Shown: one piece after another, positions 11,135 to 23,500 of the stretch
Numbering within the stretch: position 1 is the stretch's first letter
Layout of the letters: each line of letters begins with the position of its first letter
Assembly: GCF_011745625.1 (NCBI RefSeq)
Contig: NW_027191460.1
Location: forward strand, 310,001 to 374,000
Direction: 5' to 3'
Length of the DNA: 64,000 nucleotides
DNA from: Cladosporium halotolerans
Taxonomy: Eukaryota
Position numbers and translations under genes: made by a program
Notes under the pieces: model-generated
What the model saw: the letters and a program-made list of their open reading frames with translations, nothing else
What the model was told of the DNA's origin: nothing
Database searches by the model: none

Positions 11135-12663
11135 TTACTCATACAGCAAGCCAACCACCTTCCTGTTGATCTTGCGCGGCGGCTTGTAGTGCTTAAAGCC
11201 ACATCCTGCAGATCCAGCACCTTTCGATGCCGAGCCATTGGACGTTCCATTGACCTGTGGCTTGTCTGCTTCAGCGTCGGAAGAGCCGTTCATGTTCGCG
11301 AGCTGGTCTTCCAGTCGAGCGAGTCTCTTTTCCAGTTGCGCGTTATCGCGCTGCTTCTTCTGAAGGTCTGACTCGGCAGATCCGTTCTGGCCGTTCGTCG
11401 GTTTCCGGTCTTCGAGCTTCTTCCGACGTTGCTCGAGGTCTTTTTCCTTTGCGGCCAGGTCGGTCTTGGCTTTGCTGAGCGCAGCACGGTCGGCTGCGAT
11501 CTTCTGCTCCGCAGATTTGAGATTGTCGAGTTTGCGCTGGATGTCGGCGTCCTTCTTGGTCTGATCGTCCTTGTCGGACTTGTCGCCCGTGGCGCCCTTC
11601 GATGATTTGGCTTGCTGTTCTTTCTTCGCCAATTCGTCTTCGCGAGCTTGCAGCTCCTTCAGCTTCTTGTTGTAATCATCAGTGCGCTGTTTCTCCTCGG
11701 ACACCGCAGATGCCTGACGGTTTTGCAAGTCCTTCATCTTCTTGTCCCATTCTGCGGACTGGTCCTTGTCCTTTTTCGCGAGAGCAGCCTGGCCGTCTTG
11801 CGCGTTCTTCATCTTCTTCTCCCACTCCGCGGACTGCTCTTTGTCCTTCTTTGCGAGAGCAGCCTCGCGCTCCTCAAGAGCCTTCAGCTTCGAATCGAGA
11901 TCAGCCTTGGAGGCACCGCTATCAGAGCTTGCCGACGACAGCGCGCCTGGCGCCAGAGGGTTGAACCCGACATTGTTGGCGTCCATGAAGTACCAGCTGA
12001 GCCATTGCGGCACATGCTGCAACCACCATCCGTCAGCGCAATACAACCATCCGATGGATCCTCCCAGATACATACCCCTTCCCACTGCCACATATGCACC
12101 TTAATTCCAACCGCTCCCTTCCTCGCAGCCTGGCCTTGAAAATGATTGAGAAACACGCCCGGGTACGGCACCGGGCTCAGGCGGCAAGCGCCCGGCGGGC
12201 TGAGTTCGTCGTTCGACAGCCGCCACCATTGCTTCTCGCCCGTGCCGACGGTGCACCAGCTTGTGCCGCCGTTCGCGTGCAGGTACTTCCCGTTGGAGGC
12301 GTTTTTCAGGGCGACGACGTTCGGCTCGTCGCCGGCCTCGAGGGTCCATTTCTCCTCGTCACCTTGGTCGCCTCTGTTTTCGGCGACGACGCCTGAAGGC
12401 GATCCATTGGCTTGGTTTGAGAGGACGTGGCCGTTGGAGACGCTGGTGATGTAGAAAGGTTTGTTGGAGGAGCTCATGGTGAGGGATTGGATGTGTGAAG
12501 AGTACGATGGTGCAGATTGAGAGTTGAAGGATGGAAAGCCTTCGAAGGAGGAGAAACCGCCGCCGGAGTTGGAGGAGTGAGAGGTGTAGGAAGAGGAGTT
12601 GAAAACGGAATTGTTTTGCCCGTCAGAAGAGCGATCGAATTGGGACCAATTGTTCCAGCTCAT
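11135..12663 (-). CDS. Beta-trefoil (ricin-B/fascin-like) domain plus long coiled-coil protein (intron 12017-12075; alternative ATG at 12477)
   Basis: Trefoil-type segments FYITSVSNGHVL, EEKWTL, VALKNASNGKYL, EKQWWRL and HMWQW. A GTATGT…GCTGAC…CAG intron joins these in frame to a K/E/Q-rich coiled coil. Confidence 0.75.
11639..11863 (-). repeat. Intragenic 75-nt (25-aa) tandem repeat, about 3 copies
   Basis: AALAKKDKEQSAEWEKKMKNAQDGQ / AALAKKDKDQSAEWDKKMKDLQNRQ / ASAVSEEKQRTDDYNKKLKELQARE. Confidence 0.8.
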
Positions 12664-13452
12664 GGTGGGCGATAGGAGAACCTCAAGGCAGCTGTGACGT
12701 TGAGAATGAATCGAAGGGAGAAAGGCATCTCCATTGTTAACGAAGGCCAAGTGCGCAATTGGTGATGCAAGTGGCAGGGGAGCTTGTGCGAATGCCTAAC
12801 ATAGCTTAAGGGGAGGGTCAGGCAGTGGAGCTTATGCATGTATAGCCCGCCCTTTGCGTCAGATCTTAGCAGGGATGCTGTAGACTCCACGAACGGCAGC
12901 GACCGAATGCTCGATCTTGTAGGCATAGACTTCCCGAAGACCGTCCTGTCGGCACCGAGGGTCCGTAGCCGGGTTGATAGCCCTTTCAGGGTAGGTTTTA
13001 GATTTCTGATGAGGGTGGTTTTACCTTTACACCTTGAGCTTGACATTGCCAGCGATGTTCTAAGAACAATAGTCTTGTATCTTGGTCTGCATGAGCGTCG
13101 CATTCGATCGTTGCAGAGAGGAGAATTGCCTAGGGAAATCGGTGAATGACGTCGGAAATTCTTTGCGACCCGCGGATGTGGACTGGATCCCGACGATCGC
13201 ACCGATGACGCCTGCGTCGATCCTATCCAGCATGCATCGAATCGTAGATGGTCAGAAAATATATCAGCGATCGACTCAGACATGGGGAATGATCCTAAAA
13301 TCGAACCTGGTTAGATTCACGACACGAATCATCCGCAATGCCCCAGTGGAGCTTGCATCGACATCGCATATTGCCATTGACAGGAAGAGCGTCAATCAAT
13401 CAAATCATTGACAATGGTCAAGAGACTTGGTGCAGAATGTGTTCAGAACAAG

Positions 13453-14981
13453 TCAACTACTGCTTGAAAAGTCCAGGATCCGATCCCACAGAGGAACCTC
13501 CAGATTCGCCGTAAACCAGTATCCGCCGGCCTTCCCTCGCCAACATATGGCACATTGGCGGTCCAATCCGCGAGGGATGGGTAACGAATGGATGACATTC
13601 ATTTGTGGCTGGACCAACACTGGTCCAGAATCGTCCGAGGGCTTTGTACAAACTTGCAGATTTTCGAACGGAGCATGAGACCAAGAAGTCAGCAGCATGG
13701 TAACAGGCGTTCTTCCTCCGACACCTTTGACTTGACACTGTCTTCTGGGCGCTTGAGACATCAAGGCAGTGTAGTCTTGGATGTAAGCAGGATCACGAAC
13801 TTCCTGGATATGCTCGCGGATGCTGATTGCGCCCTGGACCAGCCGTTGTTGCTGCGTCAAGTGGTCGAACGTTGCCGGTTTGATCATGGCCAGGGTGACA
13901 GGATTCCACAACTCTGGTTCTCGTTCTTGCGGGCTTTGCAAAGACCTCCTGACACTGACGGTGATTATGAGCCTCGCTTTAGTGCTCGGATCAATCTCGT
14001 GGGCGTAGTCTGAAAGTTTCTGGACACTCGCGTTAGCCGAGATCCAACAGCCTACTCATATACCGGTTCTCACCATCTGGATCCAGGAGGCGAATAGATC
14101 GAACAGCGTCACTTTGGCGCCAGCACAGTTCGCTGTCGATCGCCACTGCTCAAGGAATTTTTCTGGTATGTGAACCATTTGCCAGCGCGAATCATACCGC
14201 CAGTGATTCGACCATTTGTTGGCTAGTAGACGAATTGGAAATAACTTGCTGGATGTGCAAGCTTCCCACCAAATAGCCGCTTGCGACGTCTGGAATATTC
14301 TCCCTCCAACAGCAGACAGGGTCGGGACATTTTGTTGATCTTTTGTTTCAGCATCTCTCGCAGCGGCATAGTGGCGAGCACCCGTCGCTGTTCGTATGCC
14401 AGTGTTTCCGAACAAACATTCGCAAAATGCCGTAGCAGCACTGTGTAGACCTTATATCTGTAAGCCAAGTCCAATCTAATCATTCGATTTACTCACTCAA
14501 AGCTTCCCCAGCAGCATGTTGCAGGGTGAATCTCATCACAGTAGCATCTCGTAGCGATACAGCATCGATGACGAAGATTCGCGGGCAGAATCGGTCCTTC
14601 AAAGATTGTCTTGCATTCTTCTTGAACAGCTTGTTCAGAATTGTGGCGTCATACACAGTAACCCCGGCGAGTTCGCGTGGCGCAAGCTGAGGCAAGATAA
14701 ATCGATCGAGGGAGCGTAGGTTCAAGAATCCATGGTCAATTGATTTCGCCGGCGTCTCATACGCTTTACTCCGCTGACGGGTTTGGTATTCAGCGACTAG
14801 TAGGACCAAGCGATATCGTCACGCTTACCGTGAAATTGACGCGGAAAGAGAGTGTCGGCCAGAACTCAAGCATCCTCGAAGCTGCTTTCCTAAGCTGTTC
14901 CTCAGAAATGACATCGTTGCAGACGACCGTAATGCTGAACTCGTAACTCCATACCAGGAGATCAGTACCGACGAACTTCAT
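13453..14981 (-). CDS. Divergent CoA-dependent acyltransferase-fold (transferase family) protein, ~457 aa, 4 exons (14981-14829, 14773-14497, 14450-14074, 14019-13453)
   Basis: Four short ORFs join in frame through three GT-AG introns. Transferase-like motifs: LRKAASRMLEFWPTLSFRV, DATVMRFTLQHAAGE (HxxxD position), VTLFDLFASW and LTSWSH.PF. Confidence 0.6.
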
Positions 14982-15763
14982 GGCGGAGTTCCGGGTGGTT
15001 CATCAGTAGCTGAGGTTGCGGATGGACGGCGGCGCTATGAGCTTGCCAACACCTACACGTTTATCTGAGGGTGCTGGCCGTATTGATCCTATTGCATGGC
15101 GTGGAACAGGGACTGGGCAGAGCCGTTTCGTTATCAGCGGAAGTTATACGTCTGTGGAAGTGACGAGCGGTGCGTGACAGGAGGCACAGGCCCGCGCGTT
15201 GGTGCGCGCTCACGGTGCATGATGGCAGCGCCCGCCATCAGGCCACACCTGCGGCAGTAATACAGTCACAATCAGGTATGGTCACGGACACACGGTGGTC
15301 GGGAAAAGTGACAACGAGGGCGCACCGTTGCCTGTGTCGAGCGTCAAGGTTGTGACGAGCGGACAATGCGGGACACGCATCAGGCCACCCACGGACGAAA
15401 TGTTTGCTTGGATCTGTGCCGCCTTTGTACGCCACAACGCCTCAGCGAAGGTGTGTTAGGATGTAGTTTTGAGTCTTTTTGGTACAATCCCACAAGACCA
15501 TTCCGGTGCTGTCTTCGAAATGAGCGAGCTCTCTCCAGTCCACATCTTACCCAATTGCGGAATCTCTCTTCCCGAGCCAATCACTCATACGAAAGTCGAG
15601 ATGGATAGTCTTTCGTGTCAATTTTCTTATAGCACAAAACGCCATTATGGCAACACTAAATGATATCTATGCAGAGAAAAGCCCACCAAAAACGCCCATC
15701 GCCCTGATGACAATGACCCCAATACGACGATCCACGAGAGCAACGTCCATCTGTATTAGGTCT

Positions 15764-16595
15764 CTACTGGAACAGCCAATACTCCGCCGCATACGGCACT
15801 GAAAACGTCTCCGGCATGCCTTGACAAGTCTTCGGCGGCTGTCCGCCGGCCGTGTTCAACCGATACACCTCCTGAAAGGCCTGGCCAGAAGTCGTCTTCG
15901 CGTCCAGCCGCAGCCAGGCTACAGACCCGTTACCCTCGCCATACGGGCCTCGCACGGCGCTCTCTGGCGCCGGTGTGGAGTCACCCTTCTTGAAGGCTCC
16001 ACGGCCATATGCGTGCGCACCGGTGTCGAGGTCGAAGAAAGGTGTGGTGTTGTCTGTGAAGTAGTGGTGGCCCGACATGCCTTGGTAGATGGGCGAGTTG
16101 GTGTCGTCTGAGGACGGAACGGGGAGGTCGAGAGCGATGGGGCACATTCTGGCGAGCAGCTCGGGCATGTCGGCTGCGAGGCAGGAGACGTTGAAGAGGG
16201 TTGCTACGGCGCCGGCGGCGACGGGGACAGCGGTGGAATTGCTAAGGTCGCAGGTGTAGTTCTGGTTGCCACGGCCGATTGCTACGTGTGAGAGCACGCG
16301 GCCTGCTGCTGGGGGTGGTAATGGTGTTGGAGCTGGCGACTTGTCAGTGATTGGGGATGTAGCTGAGGTTCAACGGGAAACTCAGACCTGCTGGCATCAC
16401 AGCGTTTCTGAGATCGCAAGATCCGCGCTGGGAGTCACGACCGTGGTGCCATTGTCTGTTGAAGTCTGCGTATGATGATCCATCCCATCGGTGTTGCATG
16501 CCGCGATCTCCAGATCGTGAGTCTTGTCCCCAGTGTGCTGCTGGTGCAGCGATAGCCGTGGACGCCAACAGCGCTGTGTAGAAAGACACCTTCAT
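15764..16595 (-). CDS. Secreted DUF3455 ('malate dehydrogenase-like') protein (intron 16333-16387)
   Basis: Signal peptide MKVSFYTALLASTAIA. Family motifs VAIGRGNQNYTC, GAVATLF, GHHYF, VAWLRL, VYRLNTAGGQPPKTC and VPYAAEYWLF. Confidence 0.9.
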
Positions 16596-17901
16596 CCTGG
16601 CCACGAGTAAAGATATTGCAACTTTCAGTCTCTCAGTGCTGTCCAAGTCTTCGTATGGACTGAGCCAACCTCACACGCCAAGGGTGGTGGCAAACAAAGA
16701 TCGAGAAGAGGAGGGTGAGGATGTTGGCGAAGGATGAGACGGAGGACGCAAGCACTGCGGCGTCAAGCGCCCTGTCGCGGTTGCTATATACATGGCTGAT
16801 GCTGTGCGACCCTGTCTTGAGCCGTGTGTATGCACTCTGTCCCCGGGCGCGTAGGTCGGCGCCAGCATGTCAAAATAAATGCAATGCGAGGCTGGGGTCT
16901 GGCGCCCACGGGCTGGTCATTGGCTCATGTCGGCGGCCGACCCGGCGGCTGGCGTTTCGCCTCGATGCTTGACCGGACCCATCTGAACATCAACCTTGGT
17001 ACTCCTGCATATGATGGAGGTCGTGCAATAGATGTCATGTAAGTCAATCATTGTTTCGATCGCGTATCTGCAGAGTGCAAACAACGCTTCTTTCCGGGAT
17101 CTTCTTTCATCGAAGTCCGTTGCAAATGACGTTGTTCCTAGCACCACAGCACTCACGATAGCGCCCGTATATTCATAGAACAACCAAAAGGTACAATGCC
17201 AATGCCTCATAACCCACATAAGCTCTCCACCAAAACTTGGAAAGGGCAGATTCAAAGAACAAAATGCCAGCGCCATGCCGGCCAGCTCCAACCAATAGCG
17301 CTCGACTGGGCGCTTAGAAGCCTGCAACGACTGGCTCACAGGCCTCTAGCTCCACCACAGCGCTTCCAGCCGCCGGTTTCGAAGGAACCGTCCATCGACT
17401 CCGCCAAACGATGACTTGCATACGCTTGGACCCAATCGAAGGCCTCACAGGCTGTTCGAGTGGGAGACGCGACCTAATGGTCTCGCGTAGCCGCTGCAAT
17501 TTATTCGGACATGTCGCGTGAGGCTCTTGTGGGGTGGGGATATCATGTGGTGAGGCAGAAATCTCAGGCTTGGGGTTGTTGGCGCGAGGTAGGTGAGCTG
17601 ATCGTGAAGATGGGTGGCGAGCCTTTGAAGGCAAGAGAAATTGCCATGACTTGATGCTAAGGGCGCTTGAACTGGTGGTGTGTGCCCGTTTGGAAACACA
17701 ATGGCAATTCAACCGCCATTGACCTTGGTAAGTGGCCTTGGACTCTTGGTATAAACCAATGACTATGATCTCCCATTGGCGTGATTCGAACAGCAGCCAG
17801 CTACTATCGTGCTGCAGCGCTTCCATAAGCACATACAATGATACCTTGAGGCACTTCGAAGATGTTTGCGTTCCTCAATGCATGATATTCCTACAGAATT
17901 G

Positions 17902-20148
17902 TTAAGTATCGTGATCAAAATCATCGTGCGTCCAATCCCCGTGCCCAGCAGTGCCACCCGCTGCCGCTGCAACAGCGCCAGCACCAAGATTACTGGCGTG
18001 CTGCTCGACGTCCGCCGTCCCCATCCAATACAGCATGGTGAAAACAAGCAGGTGCAGCGCCAGGCAATACATCGCAAACAGGTTCCTGCTCGTTCGTGTC
18101 TGCAGCACCAGCCGCGTGATCTGGAAGACGGCCCGTTCGGGCAAACTCATCCGTTTCAACGCACGTGCGCTTTCTCGGCCGCGGAAGGCTGCAAATGGCG
18201 AGATGTTGCTTTCGTACGTTGAACGGTAGCGGTCGAGCGATAGGCCAGATGACGTGTCGGATGACACTTGGATGGTGGAGGGGTTAGGGTTAGCGCCGTA
18301 GGCGCTTCCGGAGGTGGATGGTTGGCCACGGTTGTAGGTCGACACGTAGCGTGTCTTCTCATAGAGATTGAGGTTGTCTTTCTGCAAGCTCGAGACCTCA
18401 GAGCGCAGGCCGCTGACGGTCTGATACTGCCGTTGTAGCTCCTGTTCCAGCTCGCCAATCTTCTTCTTGAATCGATCACGTTGAGCAGTGACCATTGGGA
18501 GGATGCCAGAGCCACCGCCCACAGCATCGCCTGGTCGAAGCGGAGAGCTTGCACCAGCTGACGGGTCGACTCCTCCAATGATAGAAGATGTCGGCGAAGT
18601 ACCTCCGCCCCGCCGACTGCCGTACATCGACTTCGGGTATCGGGAGGTATATGTGCCTGCAACAGACATCGTCTCAAATGCGTTTGATGCCTCCTGCTGG
18701 GTTTTGTGGAGGTCATTCTCAAGCGACGCATTGAGACTCTGGGCCTTCTCGAGCTCGGTTTGTGCACCCAACAGGTCCTCCTGCAACTCGTCGAGCCTCT
18801 TTTGCATCTCATTGTTTGAGACGCGAAGGTCAGTCATGTCATTACTCAGCTTTTTGTTTCGCGCAATAAGCAGTTGCTCCAAGCTTTCCCCTTTAGACTT
18901 ATCGACATTGCCGTTTGCGTGTGGTTCTGTGGGCTCCACATCCGCATCGTCAACCGCAGCAAATTCAATAGAACGCAGCATCTCGAGCTCTCGCTTGACT
19001 TCTTCGTAGTCGCTCCATTTCTCGATGCGAGCTTGGAGGGACTCACGATCCGCTTTGAGCGCATTCGCCTCCCTTTCAATGCCTCGAAGCTTGCTCTCGA
19101 GTGCGCTCGTCTCAGATTCCTTGTCGTATCTAGCGTTGTCAATCCGCCTCAGAAGAGAAGAGTTCTCGGAGCGTAGGCGAAGATACGCAGGGTCATCTTC
19201 AACGGCAGTGCTCCGACCTGATGACTGACTCGCAGACTGAGCGAGCTCATATCGTAGCTGCTCGTTGCGGGCTTCGATCTCTGCCAGCCTCGTCGTTGTC
19301 CTTTCCAACTCGGAATTTGCCAATTCTAGTTCTGCTGCTGCAGCCGCACTCCTACCAGTGTCTGGTGTCTCCTCGCCGGTCTTCTCCAACCGCTGTGATA
19401 CCTCGTAGCTCGCCTTCAGCTCTTTCAAGATCCTGTCCTGACTCTCGACTTTCTCCTCCAAGGTCTGCTCTTTAGCCTTCCAATTGTCTTCCTTTTCCTT
19501 GAGCACCGCAGCCCAAGAATCTTCTACTTCCTTAATTTTAGAATCTTGCGAACCCTCGGATGACTGCCTTTTGCTGCGCTCCTCTTCCAGCTGCTTTTCT
19601 GACTCTTCAATTTGCGAGTTCAATTTGCTGACTTGCTTCTGCAAGCGCTCATTCTCGCTCTCAAGCTTCGGCACGACCTCTTCCGCGGTCACCAAAGAGT
19701 CAATCGAGGCGTCCAGTAAAGGGTAGGGATCTGGGGCTTCCGAGAGCGGCGTATACGCTTGCATGAACGCCGACGACACGGTCTTGTTGTGGTTGGTGAG
19801 CAGGTCCACATAGCCCTGGTACGACTTGAGCAGGTCCTTGATATCCAGCAGCTTCGCGGCATCGTCCAGCTTCTTGAAATCCTTCGTCTTCTGCGCTAGG
19901 TCTTTGCGTTTAACCAATGAATCGCGCTGGTGAGAGACCAGCTCTGCAGCTGCTGTATCGAGGGTTGAAACGAGTTTGCTGAGGTCTAGTGTGCGCCAGG
20001 CAGCTACTGCTTGCTGGAACTTGTTGCCTTCCTCGGCACCCTCTTTTGCGTTGCGGATGTCGCTGGCTTGCTCTTTGATCGCGGAGTCGGCGCCATTTGC
20101 TGTCGCTGCAGCACCTGCGCTTGCTTGCGAGTCCTTATTGTCGGCCAT
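17902..20148 (-). CDS. COY1: Golgi coiled-coil membrane protein CASP/Coy1 (748 aa)
   Basis: RKDLAQKTKDFKK, LSEAPDPYPLL, long coiled coils, ILPMVTAQRDRF, LQKDNLNLYEKTRY, and a C-terminal TM segment containing Tyr and His. Confidence 0.95.
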   Translation of the reverse strand: MADNKDSQASAGAAATANGADSAIKEQASDIRNAKEGAEEGNKFQQAVAAWRTLDLSKLVSTLDTAAAELVSHQRDSLVKRKDLAQKTKDFKKLDDAAKLLDIKDLLKSYQGYVDLLTNHNKTVSSAFMQAYTPLSEAPDPYPLLDASIDSLVTAEEVVPKLESENERLQKQVSKLNSQIEESEKQLEEERSKRQSSEGSQDSKIKEVEDSWAAVLKEKEDNWKAKEQTLEEKVESQDRILKELKASYEVSQRLEKTGEETPDTGRSAAAAAELELANSELERTTTRLAEIEARNEQLRYELAQSASQSSGRSTAVEDDPAYLRLRSENSSLLRRIDNARYDKESETSALESKLRGIEREANALKADRESLQARIEKWSDYEEVKRELEMLRSIEFAAVDDADVEPTEPHANGNVDKSKGESLEQLLIARNKKLSNDMTDLRVSNNEMQKRLDELQEDLLGAQTELEKAQSLNASLENDLHKTQQEASNAFETMSVAGTYTSRYPKSMYGSRRGGGTSPTSSIIGGVDPSAGASSPLRPGDAVGGGSGILPMVTAQRDRFKKKIGELEQELQRQYQTVSGLRSEVSSLQKDNLNLYEKTRYVSTYNRGQPSTSGSAYGANPNPSTIQVSSDTSSGLSLDRYRSTYESNISPFAAFRGRESARALKRMSLPERAVFQITRLVLQTRTSRNLFAMYCLALHLLVFTMLYWMGTADVEQHASNLGAGAVAAAAGGTAGHGDWTHDDFDHDT

Positions 20149-20540
20149 CGTCGACTAGAACTCAAGGCATGCCTTTCAGCGATGGGGACGCGCGGCAAAG
20201 CCGAATGGATGCTGGGCTTGAAGGTGAGGATACAAGCCGGTCGAGTTGTCGCGTAGATCCCAGAGATTGTAAGATTGGTGAGCGAACGGAGACAAGAAAT
20301 TGCTCTTGGGTTCGAGAGAGGCTACGTATTGAATTGAGCGATCTTGGTGAAACCAAAGGAGCGAGGGTGAAGCTGCCGAGGGTCCGTCGATCCAGCACGG
20401 GCCTGTGGTGAAGCTCACGCTGGCTCGCTGCTACCAACACAGCGGCACTGTAGCTTCGATAGCTCCATATCCCAGAATTGTATACTACTGCCTCTCCCTA
20501 CGTGTCATCGAGACACAATGTTTGGCTGGCCTGACCGGCG

Positions 20541-23500
20541 ATGGAAGCGCAGCATGGCTCCCTGAGCGACGACAGCGACGCCGCCTACGTGCTCCGCGAC
20601 CTGATCAACGACGTGCCGCTCTCGGCCGACGGCGAGCACAACAATGCATATATAACCTGCGTAGACGCCTGGAACGGCAACCTCTATATTGGCACTTCGG
20701 CCGGAGAGCTTCTGCATTTTGTCTCCATCCCGCCCGAAGCAGGCGACGAATCCGGACAGCCCTCATGGATCATCGCCTCTAGGCTGCAGCCGCCGTTCAA
20801 CACCGCACAGGAACCGCCGGATAATGGAGTGAAGCAAATCCTTATATTACCACAAGCTGGAAAGGCGTGTGTGCTCTGCAATGGCACCCTCACGTTCTAT
20901 ACGCTACCAGAGTTGAGCCCTGCTTTCGGTGGTAAGATCAAGCAAGCCGGATGTACGTGGGTTGGAGGAGTGGATAGGAACGAAGAGTTAGAGGAGCGCG
21001 AGGAGACGAGCAATGGGACTGTCATCGTCATTGCGCTCAAGCAGAGGCTTCGCTTGATTCGAATTGGAGAAGAAGCCAGGAAGATCAGGGACATCGAATT
21101 GGGTGGAGTGGGCGCGATTCAACGTAGAGGCGACTTGGCTTGCGTCGCGGATGGAACTTCTTATTCCCTGCTCGACGTTGTCAATCAGCGTAAGAACGAT
21201 CTGTTCCCGATCTCTTCCATCATTGAGCCGGATCCTGCGGCGCAAACGGCCGGACAGGGTTCTTCGCATCGCGCGACAGGGAGTATCTCCAACAGAAGCC
21301 CTGTTCGAATGGGACGGCATGAACGGAATGTGAGCTCTGGCAGTCAGATCAAGGACAATGATCGCTTGCAGCCCGGAAGCTCCTCGCCATGGCCCGCGCG
21401 GAGCTCCTCGAAAGCATCTGCTTCCCCAACAGAGTCACCCAGCCGTACTACGAGCCCACAGAAACAGGAGCAGGAGTCCGTGCCACCTCCCCCACCTCCA
21501 AAAGACATTGTGGCTGCAAAAGAGACTTCGAACCGACCTTTGCCGCCTAACATCGCTTCGCCAACTCCAACCGAGTTCCTCCTCACCACCGGTACCAAGG
21601 CAAGCGAGCCGGGCGTCGGAATGTTCGTCAACTTGGAAGGTGATGTTGTGCGTGGCACGATAGAGTTCACGTCCTACCCGCACGGCCTTGTCTTGGAAGG
21701 CGGCAGAGAGGGCGTGCCTCCTGAAGCCTTAGGTAGCGAATCAGACGGGTATGTCCTCGCTTTGGTACAGAGAACTATACAAGGAAAGCGCCAGTCTGCT
21801 ATAGAAGTCCAACGCTGGGATGCCGAGCCTGGTGAGGCGCATCGGACAAAGCACTGGCTTCAGCTTCCGGATGTCTACCCAACGTCAAACGAAGATGCCA
21901 TGGATGACGGCGTTGGCATGCGCACAGCGTCGACCCCGAACGAGCTTGCTGTTCCTGAAATCGGCATCAACCTACGATTACGACGACTTCAAGTAGGTTC
22001 GGACAGTGAATCGACAAACGAATCAGAAGAAAAGCGAAACGGAGAAGAAGACAAAATCACAGCACGTTTCGCGCGTACAAAAGCCAGTGTGATGCTTTTC
22101 CATCACGATAAAGTTCACTGGTTGGTTCGAAGCTCCTTGTTGGTGCAACTTGAGCGCCGCCTGGATCGGGCAGTCTCTAGGAATGGCCGCATGTCCATCA
22201 ATGCAGGGCGAGTGCAAGAGGTGATTAACGATATACGTGGACAAGAAGCCCAGAATGAACTGGAGTTCATTACCTTGACCTACATTCGGCAAAAAGCGTC
22301 GCTACTTCTTTTTGGCAATCTGCTCCTGACTACTGGAGATGGCGTAATAGCATACGAACGTGACAAGAGAGCAGCAGGCGAGGCGCTCGTCGAAGGCGAG
22401 CTCGACCCGCGTACAATTCTCTGCCTTGTACAGCCTTTGTCGGAAGAAGTCAAGGCGGGATCAGATGGCATCTGGATCTCGCAAGGCCTTCGTGATACCA
22501 TACAATCGCTGCGTGATGCCATGGGAGACACCGAACTTGTGCCTGATACGCGCGGGCCCTACGGTGACAATTTGCTCCAAGTTATCAAGCGCTATCTGAT
22601 GGCGTGGCGGAAGAAGAAAGGCTTTGGCAGTGTCGCTGATGAGACGCACGTCTTCCAAACGGTGGACGCCGCATTGCTTCACGTGCTCCTGTTACTTGAT
22701 CAACATAGTCCTCGAGGTCCAGCAACAGGAGGCTCTGTCAGGGCAGAGCTGAATGATGTGGTAGACAAAGGCGTTGACTGCTTCGATCGAGCTGTTGAGC
22801 TTTTCGAGAAGTTCGATCGCCTTTACGTCTTGAGCCGCTTGTACCAATCACGGAAGATGGTTGGTCAAGTCCTGGCGACATGGAGACGGATTGTCGACGG
22901 CGAGCATGATGTCGGTGGGGAGCTGCTCGAAGGCGAGCATGACATTCGTCGCTACTTGACCAAAATACGCGATCAGCACCTGGTGCAAGACTATGGTGCC
23001 TGGCTTGCGAACCGCAACCCAAAGCTGGGCGTTCAGGTATTCGCAGATGAGAACGCGAGGGTCAAATTTCAGCCCTCAGAAGCAGTCGCGCTGCTCAAAG
23101 AAAAAGCTCCGGGTGCTGTGAAGGACTATCTCGAGCATCTCGTTTTTGGCAAGAACCACGTGCAGTACGTCAACGACTTGATATCATTTTATCTTGACAC
23201 AGTTCTGCACGAACTCGAGCGGTCAGATCAGGCGAAAGCGACTCTTGTTGAGTCCTACGAGACGTACCGCGCCCTCGTGCCGCCCAAACCGACGTACCGT
23301 CAATTCATCACCGACAACTCGATCGATGCAGAATGGTGGCAAAATCGCTTGCGCTTGCTTCAGCTCATCGGCGGCAGCCATGGTGCGGCATCGAAATACG
23401 ACGTCCACACCGTTGGGAAGCGTCTCAAGCCATACAGCAATGAGCTGGTACCAGAAATGATCATTCTCAATGGTCGCGAAGGGAAACACGAGGAAGCCTT

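Noticed and set aside
12660..13411. 207-aa minus-strand ORF and neighbours
   Set aside because: Random-looking translation with no recognisable family; likely intergenic or highly decayed.
16917..17838. 140-aa and 174-aa minus-strand ORFs between DUF3455 and COY1
   Set aside because: No codon bias, motifs or convincing splice structure; cannot be supported as a gene.
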